Of a stretch of DNA of 51,894 nt, positions 9,751-16,693 are shown one piece after another. The stretch lies in assembly GCA_014729815.1 (NCBI GenBank), contig WJJG01000349.1, positions 1-51,894 of the forward strand. The letters are read 5' to 3'. The notes under the pieces are model-generated. The model ran no database searches. It was not told the DNA's origin and saw only the letters and a program-made list of their open reading frames with translations. Each line of letters starts with the position of its first letter. The stretch's first letter is position 1. The DNA is from Candidatus Eiseniibacteriota bacterium (GTDB lineage Bacteria > Eisenbacteria > RBG-16-71-46 > CAIMUX01 > WJJG01). The position numbers and the translations under genes were made by a program.

Positions 9751-12700
9751 ATGTCCGATGGCCCGATCCGCCCTCCCTTCGCCAAGACCGCCCGCCCCGG
9801 ATGGATCCGCAGGAGATCCCGCACGCCACGCGCCGGTGCCATGCTACGTGCTTGCGGCGTGGCCTTCGCCGGTGCCGTGCTACGTGCTTGCGGCGTGGCC
9901 TTCGCCGGTGCCGTGCTCCTCGCCTGCGCCGCGCTTCTGAGCCCCGCGCCCCGCGCCGAGCGCGCCACGTCGACCGAGATGCACCGCGTCTGCGAGAACT
10001 TCCTGCGCTACACCCTCGATCGGCAGGGGCACTGGGCCGGTTCCCGGGCGCCGCGGATCGTCGGCGGAGACGCGATCGTCGTCGGCCCCCACGGCGCCAC
10101 CGCACAGCTCCCGGCCGGCACGCTGCTGGCGCGCAACTACGAGATCTTCCCCAGCGGGCACATCGTCGTCCCCGCGCTCAAGGAGCTGCCGCCGATCAAG
10201 GCGTATTCGGAGCCGTTCGCACTCGAGGTCGCCGCAGCCGGCGGTTTCTCCGCGATGCTCCGACAGATCCTCACCGACCGGGCGCTGCGCTTCATCCACG
10301 CCTACGGAAGCCTCGATGCCGCACAACCGACGCTGGCCGAGGGCGGGGGCGATCCCGCAGCGGCCGGCCTGCTGTTCGGGCCCACGCACCGCCGACTGTG
10401 GGATCTGCTGCTCCGGGATCCGCCGCGCTTTCACGCTTCACTGGCGCGGAACGAGTTTGGCCGCCGGGAGGAGGTCGGCCCGCTCCTGACCACCTCCTGG
10501 CACCAGGCCGCGCCCTACTGGGACTACTGTCCGATGGGGGATGGCGGCCGCTGCGTGGTCGGCTGCGTGGCGACGGCCACCGCGCAGGTCATGCGCCACT
10601 GGGCGTGGCCGCCGCGGGGAAACGGCGAGTCCTGGCACTACTGGAATGGGGATCAGTCCTGCGGCGGCGACACGCCCGGCGAGAATCTCTTTGCCGACTA
10701 CTCGGACCCCTACGACTGGGAGAACATGCCCGACAACTGCCTCGGTGGATGTGTCGCCGAAGAGCGCGCAGCCCTGGCCGAGCTCAACTTCGAAGTCGGT
10801 GTGGGCGAGCTCATCGACTACGGACATTGCGGGTCCGGTGGGGTCATGGAGATGGTGATCCTCGCCCTGCGCGACTACTTCCACTACGAGCCGCAGATGG
10901 AGCTCGTATCGCGGGGAGAGTATACGGCGGATACATGGTTCGAACTGATCCGCGACGAGATCGACGCCGGCCGCCCGATGCCCTACGGGATCCCCGGCCA
11001 CGCGCTGGTCTGCGATGGGTGGAGAACCGACGCCTACACGCGCGAGATCCACATGAACTACGGCTGGGGCGGCAGCTACAACGCCTGGTACGTGCTCGAT
11101 GAGCTCTACGGTCTCCAGAATCCCCTGAACCAATCACTCATCGCCGGCGTGCGTCCGGTCGAGATCTTCCCCCTGCAACCCGACGGCAGCGGTCTCTTCC
11201 CCACGATCCAGGATGCCGTGGACATGGCGCGCGACGGCACGCGCATCGTGCTCGCCGATGGCACCTATACCGGTCCCGGCAATCGCGATATCGACCTGCT
11301 GGGCAAGCAGCTCACCATCCGCTCGCAGAGCGGCGACTACCGCACGTGCACGATCGATTGCCAGGGATCAGCCCAGGATCCGCACCGGGCTTTCGTCGCG
11401 CGCAGCGCAGAGACCGCGGCCACGGTGATCGAGGGCCTGACGATCCGCGGCGGGTACGCCGGAGAGCCCGATCCGAGCGGTGGGGCGATCGTCTGTATGG
11501 GCGCCGCGCCCACCTTGCGCGAGTGCCTGCTGATGGAGAATCGCGCCGCGGAGCGCGGCGGGGCGGTCTACTGCGGCGAGGGCGCAACGCCCGTACTGGA
11601 GCGCTGCATTTATCTCGGCAACCAAGCGCTCACCGAAGGCGGCGCGCTGGCCTGCGACGGCGCCGTCCCACAGATCGAGAACTGCTGTTTTCTGGAAGGC
11701 ACGGCCGCGGACGGCAGCGCGATCGCCGCCATCGGCGCGAGTGCGCTCTTGATCGACAGCACGATCCTGGCCTTCGGCGAAGCCGGCGAGCCGGTGGCCT
11801 GCATCGCCGGCGGATCCGCGCAGCTCGCCTGCTGCGATGTCTACGGCAACGCCGCGGGAGACTACGTCGGCTGCCTCGAGGGCCAATACGGGGTCGATGG
11901 CAACATCTCCGCCGACCCGATCTTCTGCAACCCCGACGCGCTCGACTTCACGCTCGCCGCCGAATCGCCCTGTCTGCCCCATACGCCGCCCAACGAGCCG
12001 TGCGAGCTGATCGGCGCATACGGGGCGGGTTGTGGGGCGATCGTGGTCTACCAAGACGGGTCCGGGCCCTTCCCCACGATCCAGTCGGCGATCGACGCGG
12101 CTGCCGAGGGCGCCACCATCCATCTGGCCGAGGGCGTCTTCACCGGGGAGGGGAATCGCGACATCGACTTCGGCGGTCGCTCGGTGACCGTTCGTTCGTT
12201 GAGCGGCGATCCCGCGACCTGCGCGATCGACTGCCAGGGCTCGGCCGAGACGTGGCATCGCGGCTTCGTCTTCGATTCGGATGAGGGTCCTGCCAGCGTG
12301 CTCGAAGGCGTCACGGTGCGCGGTGGCCACTACGACATCGCGGGCGCCGTCTGCATCGAGAGCTGCTCGCCCACGCTGCGGAACGTAGTGCTCGCCGACA
12401 ACTCCGCCGACTTCGGCGGCGCCGTGCGCGCGCGCAATGGCGCCACGCCGCTCTTCGAGCGCGTGGTCTTCCTGCGCAACAGTGCCCGCCTGGGGGCCGG
12501 CGCCTACTGCCTGGGCGGCTCGGACGCCACTTTCCGCAACTGCACCTTCCACGACAACGCGGCCAGCCACTACGGCGCCGGCCTGCGCGTGCACGATCAC
12601 ACCAACGCGATTCTCGAGAACACGATCATCGCCTTCAGCTCCCGCGGGGAGGCGGTCTCGTGCCACCTCGCCAGCTACCCGGTGCTCTCCTGCTGCGATC

Positions 12701-13242
12701 TATACGGCAACGCCGGCGGGGACTGGACCGGCCCAATCGCCGAACAGCTCGGCGTGAGCGGCAACATCTCGGAAGATCCGCTCTTCTGCGACGCCGCGGC
12801 GGGGGACGTCGGCCTGCAGCCCGGCTCCCCCTGCGCGCCCTACGCGCCCCCCAACGGAGCGTGTGGTCTGCTGGGCGCGCGGTATGTCGGGTGCGGAGTG
12901 AGCGACGCACAAAACCGCAACGAGCAGGGTGGCGATGGGGAGACATCGCTCGTAAACCGGCTGTGGCTGCGCCCGGCCTCGCCGAGTCCGATGCTACGGC
13001 AGACGCGGATCGAGTTCGGCATTCCCGCCACGCTCGACGAGGCTCGCGTGCACCTGGCGGTGATCGATCCGGCGGGGCGAAGAGTACGCTGCCTGTTGGA
13101 CGAGGTGCGCGGGGCCGGCCGGCATGTCACGCATTGGAACGGAACCGATGGGAGCGGACGGGCGGCGCCCGGGGGACTCTACTTTCTGCGCTTGACCGTG
13201 GGAGAGCGGGAGATCGTGCGGCGGATCGTGCGCGCGCGCTGA
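9751..13242 (+). CDS. Exported peptidase C10 (streptopain-like cysteine protease) fused to two beta-helix (PbH1-like) modules and a FlgD-Ig/T9SS-type CTD
   Basis: ORF 9508..13242. Start set to ATG 9751, with AAGGAGAG at 9738-9745. C10 active-site context: GCVATATAQVMRHWAWP (Cys codon 10564-10566) and GIPGHALVCDGW (His codon 10999-11001). Two ~290-aa repeats follow, each starting ..DGSG(L/P)FPTIQ(D/S)A(V/I)D.. and ending CCD(V/L)YGNA(A/G)GD..GNIS(A/E)DP(I/L)FC... CTD: ..VHLAVIDPAGRRVRCLL..HWNGTDGSGRAAPGGLYFLRLTV..RIVRAR. Confidence 0.8.
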   Translation: MSDGPIRPPFAKTARPGWIRRRSRTPRAGAMLRACGVAFAGAVLRACGVAFAGAVLLACAALLSPAPRAERATSTEMHRVCENFLRYTLDRQGHWAGSRAPRIVGGDAIVVGPHGATAQLPAGTLLARNYEIFPSGHIVVPALKELPPIKAYSEPFALEVAAAGGFSAMLRQILTDRALRFIHAYGSLDAAQPTLAEGGGDPAAAGLLFGPTHRRLWDLLLRDPPRFHASLARNEFGRREEVGPLLTTSWHQAAPYWDYCPMGDGGRCVVGCVATATAQVMRHWAWPPRGNGESWHYWNGDQSCGGDTPGENLFADYSDPYDWENMPDNCLGGCVAEERAALAELNFEVGVGELIDYGHCGSGGVMEMVILALRDYFHYEPQMELVSRGEYTADTWFELIRDEIDAGRPMPYGIPGHALVCDGWRTDAYTREIHMNYGWGGSYNAWYVLDELYGLQNPLNQSLIAGVRPVEIFPLQPDGSGLFPTIQDAVDMARDGTRIVLADGTYTGPGNRDIDLLGKQLTIRSQSGDYRTCTIDCQGSAQDPHRAFVARSAETAATVIEGLTIRGGYAGEPDPSGGAIVCMGAAPTLRECLLMENRAAERGGAVYCGEGATPVLERCIYLGNQALTEGGALACDGAVPQIENCCFLEGTAADGSAIAAIGASALLIDSTILAFGEAGEPVACIAGGSAQLACCDVYGNAAGDYVGCLEGQYGVDGNISADPIFCNPDALDFTLAAESPCLPHTPPNEPCELIGAYGAGCGAIVVYQDGSGPFPTIQSAIDAAAEGATIHLAEGVFTGEGNRDIDFGGRSVTVRSLSGDPATCAIDCQGSAETWHRGFVFDSDEGPASVLEGVTVRGGHYDIAGAVCIESCSPTLRNVVLADNSADFGGAVRARNGATPLFERVVFLRNSARLGAGAYCLGGSDATFRNCTFHDNAASHYGAGLRVHDHTNAILENTIIAFSSRGEAVSCHLASYPVLSCCDLYGNAGGDWTGPIAEQLGVSGNISEDPLFCDAAAGDVGLQPGSPCAPYAPPNGACGLLGARYVGCGVSDAQNRNEQGGDGETSLVNRLWLRPASPSPMLRQTRIEFGIPATLDEARVHLAVIDPAGRRVRCLLDEVRGAGRHVTHWNGTDGSGRAAPGGLYFLRLTVGEREIVRRIVRAR
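9835..9917 (+). repeat. 36-bp in-frame tandem duplication (2.3 copies) inside the signal-peptide region of the C10 protease gene
   Basis: Unit 1 is ggtgccatgctacgtgcttgcggcgtggccttcgcc (9835-9870). Unit 2 is ggtgccgtgctacgtgcttgcggcgtggccttcgcc (9871-9906), with 1 mismatch. A partial unit ggtgccgtgct follows. The encoded sequence is GAMLRACGVAFA-GAVLRACGVAFA-GAVL. Confidence 0.9.
11170..12900 (+). repeat. Protein-level tandem duplication of a ~290-aa beta-helix module within the C10 protease gene
   Basis: Module 1 starts PLQPDGSGLFPTIQDAVDMARDGTRIVLADGTYTGPGNRDIDLLGKQLTIRSQSGDYRTCTIDCQGSA. Module 2 starts VVYQDGSGPFPTIQSAIDAAAEGATIHLAEGVFTGEGNRDIDFGGRSVTVRSLSGDPATCAIDCQGSA. Both end with the same Cys-rich tail. 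Confidence 0.75.
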
Positions 13243-13306
13243 TCGAGGTTGGAGAGCGATCGTCGATCCGGCCGAATCGAGGTCGCGGGAGGACCGTCGA
13301 TCCGGG

Positions 13307-13906
13307 CTACGACGACGACTTCTCCCGCCGCTCGATGAGCACGACGGCGTAGCGGAGCTGCTCCTCGGTGACCCCCTCGAGCACCACTTCTCCACTCTCA
13401 CCCACCGCGAAGACGGGTCCCGCCGCACCGATGCGCAGCTTGAGCTGCGACGTGGGATCATCCCGGCCATCGATCACGTATGCGCACAGGCGGCCGTCCG
13501 CCTCCTGGCGGAAGCGCACGACGTAGTCTCCTTCCGCGCTGCGGAGTACGGGCAACCGTGACGCGCTCGCGGTGCCCGGATCGGCAGCCAGCGCGCGATA
13601 GTGATTGCGCGGTAGGATCGGTTGCAGCGGGATCAGCTCCGCGGGGGTGTGCTGCGCCGGGCGACTCCGCGACTTGCGGGAGAGGATGGCAAAGAGGCGC
13701 GTGAGCTCGGCGCGGATCGCGGGGGTGTGCAAGGCGGCCAGATCCTCCGCCGATGCCGTCCCGTGCTGGGTCAGGATGCGGAACGACTCGAGGCGTCGCC
13801 GGCATACCTCGCAACCTGCCAGATGCTCCTGCGTCTCCGGGCTGGGTTCAAACGATTCGCCACCGTCGATGATTCGCACGAGTTCCCGATCCTCGAGATG
13901 TCCCAT
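13307..13906 (-). CDS. Soluble zf-HC2 (anti-sigma-factor-like zinc finger) protein, 199 aa
   Basis: ORF 13307..13945, trimmed to ATG 13904-13906 with GAAGG upstream. The N-terminus MGHLEDRELVRIIDGG..HLAGCEVCRRRLESF matches the H-x3-C-x2-C putative zinc finger of anti-sigma factors. I see no hydrophobic TM segment. It lies 147 nt downstream of the Lon-like gene on the same strand. Confidence 0.6.
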   Translation of the reverse strand: MGHLEDRELVRIIDGGESFEPSPETQEHLAGCEVCRRRLESFRILTQHGTASAEDLAALHTPAIRAELTRLFAILSRKSRSRPAQHTPAELIPLQPILPRNHYRALAADPGTASASRLPVLRSAEGDYVVRFRQEADGRLCAYVIDGRDDPTSQLKLRIGAAGPVFAVGESGEVVLEGVTEEQLRYAVVLIERREKSSS

Positions 13907-14053
13907 CGATTGTACCTTCACTTGCGCGCTGCACAGTAGCGCCACGACGTCACTCGATTGCCCACTGCACGAGCCACCCCGTCACAGGATTTGCTGAAAC
14001 CTCGGTGGGCCCCGCAGGCCCCCTGGAGTGACTAGCAGAATCCTAGCAGATGG

Positions 14054-16300
14054 TCACTCCTCAGACCAGCGGTGCTGGATCCGATCGCCACAGAAGATTG
14101 CGCTGCGCCAGCGATCGAGAAACGCTTCCCCGCAGAGGTCGGCGACCAGGGGGCCCTGCGTCGCGACGAAGTGCTCCATATTCGCTGTCGGCAGAATGCG
14201 TAGCTCTCCGCAGGGGATGCCGGCCGCGATCAGGTAGTCGGGCACCCTTCGCGCGAGATGGGTGGCGCTGATCGCCAGCCGGGGCACGGTGGCCTTCCGC
14301 TCGGTGCCGACCAGCTCGAAGATCTCTCCCTCCGGCCACCATAGCTCCGTAATGCCTGATGCCGCAGTGAATTCGGGGATCAGGGGGACCACCAGATGCG
14401 TCAGGCAGAGGCCGTCGTGCACCTCGCCCGCGACCCGCGCGGCGCCCCCCTGCGTGCTAGGATCGGCCATCGACGCGGAGCTTCGGAACGGCGCGAACTG
14501 GTTGGCATGCAGTACCACGAGAGAAACGCCCTTGCTGGGAGTGTGATGCCCGGCCGCCAGGATCTCCGGCGTGCCATCGAAATCGAGATCGACGACCTCG
14601 ATCTGCTCGAAGTAGCCGATGTGCCGTACGACCCCGACCGGATCCCGCAGGCCATCGAAGAGCCAGAGCAGGCAGTCAGCCTCAGGATTCAGGGCCACCG
14701 CGAGGACGATCTCGTCATCCTCGTCTCCATCGCAGTCCGCGATCCGGCCGACCTTCGTCGAGTAGCTCACCCCGGGACGGTCGCGCAACGGATCACCCGG
14801 CAGGCCGGATTCGGTGAAGATGTATCGCCACACCGTCTCTTGCGCCAGCGGGTCGTAGACGACCAGACGTCCCGGATGCCCGCCGGCCTGCGCGGTGGCA
14901 TAGGCGATCCGTAGCGCCCCCCGCTCGTCCCCCGCGAGGCGATCGGTTTTCATGACGATCCGGACGGGGCCCTCGGTGGGTACCAGAAGCGGCGCGGTCT
15001 GACCGGGCCAGGTGACGCGCAGCTCGCGCTGCTCGTGAATCGTCTCGACGCGCAGGTCCGCCAGCGCGGGAGCCGGCTCGGCTCCGATTCCGGGGAGCGA
15101 CGATCGGTCCCCGTCTCCCCCGCGCAGGGCGAGGCCGATCAGGATCGCCGCAACGACCGCCGCGGCGATGAGGCCGCCCGCGAGCCACGGGGGTCGGCGG
15201 CGGATGCTCCTGCGCGCCCGATCGGCGCCGGGCCAGGGCTCGGTGATCTCGAAGGCCGTGGGTTCGGAAAGCAGGAAGCCGGAGACGTGCGCCAGCTCCG
15301 CCACCTGAAACCCGCTGCGCTCGGTCTCTGTCGCATCCGCCATGCCTGCGGGGATCACGATGCCCGCCACCCCCCCCTGCCGCGCGGCGCGGATCTTGTG
15401 CGCGAGTGAGAGTGCTTCGATCCTGCCCACCTCGCCCCTGGGCGAGATGCGCCCCGTCCAAGCCAGATCGCCCCGCGGCCGGCGATCCCAACCGCGGCCC
15501 GCACAAGCCTTCAGGGCGGCGGTGAAAGCGACGCACAGCCCCAAGCCGATCGAATCGCCCACGATCGGGGCTTCCTTCTCCGAGATCGAGATCTCGAAGC
15601 CCAGACCCTCCTCGCATGCTTGCGGCGCATCGGGGACGGCCTCGCACGCCGCCATGAAGGCGTCGGCCGCGACATCGTTCAGCGCACGCATGCCGCTGAG
15701 CGATTCGCCGGTATGTGCGTTGTTCCACGAGACGAGCGGGGCGCCCGGTACGCGCCGCCGGGGCACGAGCGTCAGTTCGGTGATCAGTCCCACCTGCCCG
15801 GGCGCCTCCGCGTCCCAGGACGGCGCGGGAATCGGATGCAGCAGCGGCACACGCAGCAGGATCTGCTGGCCGGGCGGCGCGCTTGCCATCGCCGCAGGAA
15901 CATCGGTCCCCTGCGTGCGACCGCTCCCTTCGGCGGCCGATGCGGCCAGCAACGCCCGCGCCACGCTGGTCTCGAGGAGTCCGTCGCGCACGAGTCGCTC
16001 GAGCGCGTCGCGGACCCAGGCCTGGTGCTTCGGGTCGCGGAAGCGATCGGTCATCCGCTCGAGCGCGGGAAGGAGGCGGGATGCCGATTCCTGCAGGTAG
16101 TATCGGCGGCCGCGCAGATCGTCCGGAAGCGCCGTTATGAAACGCGCCGTAGCCAGCGCGCGCACGTTCGGCAAGGCGCACTCGTCCCAGAGCATGCCCA
16201 GGTCTTCAAAGTAGTCATCGATCGCACGGACGTCTGGCACTCTCCGGCACTCCCGTTTGAACAGGTCCCTTCCGAAAGATGCTCGGGTCCAACGGCCCAT
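14054..16300 (-). CDS. Membrane protein: N-terminal helical domain, ATPase-less Lon-type (S16) Ser-Lys protease domain, 1 TM helix, extracytoplasmic FG-GAP/VCBS-like domain
   Basis: ATG at 16298-16300 with no clear RBS. The alternative start Met36 at 16195 is possible. Lon proteolytic-domain pattern: ..EISISEKEAPIVGDSIGLGLCVAFTAALKA.. (Ser codon 15551-15553), ..WTGRISPRGEVGRIEALSLAHKIRAARQGGVAGIVIPAG.. (Lys in AHKIRAA). There is no Walker A. An Arg-rich stretch ADRARRSIRRRPPW precedes the TM helix LAGGLIAAAVVAAILIGLAL. The C-terminal part has Ca-binding-like loops DCDGDEDDEIVL and DLDFDGTPEILAAG. Confidence 0.7.
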   Translation of the reverse strand: MGRWTRASFGRDLFKRECRRVPDVRAIDDYFEDLGMLWDECALPNVRALATARFITALPDDLRGRRYYLQESASRLLPALERMTDRFRDPKHQAWVRDALERLVRDGLLETSVARALLAASAAEGSGRTQGTDVPAAMASAPPGQQILLRVPLLHPIPAPSWDAEAPGQVGLITELTLVPRRRVPGAPLVSWNNAHTGESLSGMRALNDVAADAFMAACEAVPDAPQACEEGLGFEISISEKEAPIVGDSIGLGLCVAFTAALKACAGRGWDRRPRGDLAWTGRISPRGEVGRIEALSLAHKIRAARQGGVAGIVIPAGMADATETERSGFQVAELAHVSGFLLSEPTAFEITEPWPGADRARRSIRRRPPWLAGGLIAAAVVAAILIGLALRGGDGDRSSLPGIGAEPAPALADLRVETIHEQRELRVTWPGQTAPLLVPTEGPVRIVMKTDRLAGDERGALRIAYATAQAGGHPGRLVVYDPLAQETVWRYIFTESGLPGDPLRDRPGVSYSTKVGRIADCDGDEDDEIVLAVALNPEADCLLWLFDGLRDPVGVVRHIGYFEQIEVVDLDFDGTPEILAAGHHTPSKGVSLVVLHANQFAPFRSSASMADPSTQGGAARVAGEVHDGLCLTHLVVPLIPEFTAASGITELWWPEGEIFELVGTERKATVPRLAISATHLARRVPDYLIAAGIPCGELRILPTANMEHFVATQGPLVADLCGEAFLDRWRSAIFCGDRIQHRWSEE

Positions 16301-16693
16301 CTCGGGGAGAAGTTCGTCACTCGACTACATGGGAACAACCGCGTCATGGCGTACGCTGTTCCCCAGCCACAGGAGCCCGTGCGCGTAGTCGGGACGCTAG
16401 CACCGGATTGTCGCGGGGTCAACGAGGGCCGCCGCAGGGGCTGGCGGAAGACGCCGCGGCCTGGTTCGCTGCCTGGGGGCTTGGTTCGAGTGCCCACGCC
16501 CCATGGCCGAGTGCGGCCCGATCGGATCGCTTTGCGGAGGAAGGCACACCCACCTTCCGATACTATTGTAGTCGGCGATCATCCTATCGTCGGTGGCGTT
16601 CATTTCGATGATGCAACGATTTAGCGCTCAGTGTCGCCGCGCGACGCCTGTCCTCGCCGCGAGCGCGCGAGCCCCAGCCTGGGAGGAGATCCG

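Noticed and set aside
9835-9917. Tandem repeats considered as CRISPR or minisatellite arrays (also 26235-26276)
   Set aside because: There are only 2-2.3 directly abutting copies with no spacers, and they lie in frame inside coding leaders. They are not CRISPR.
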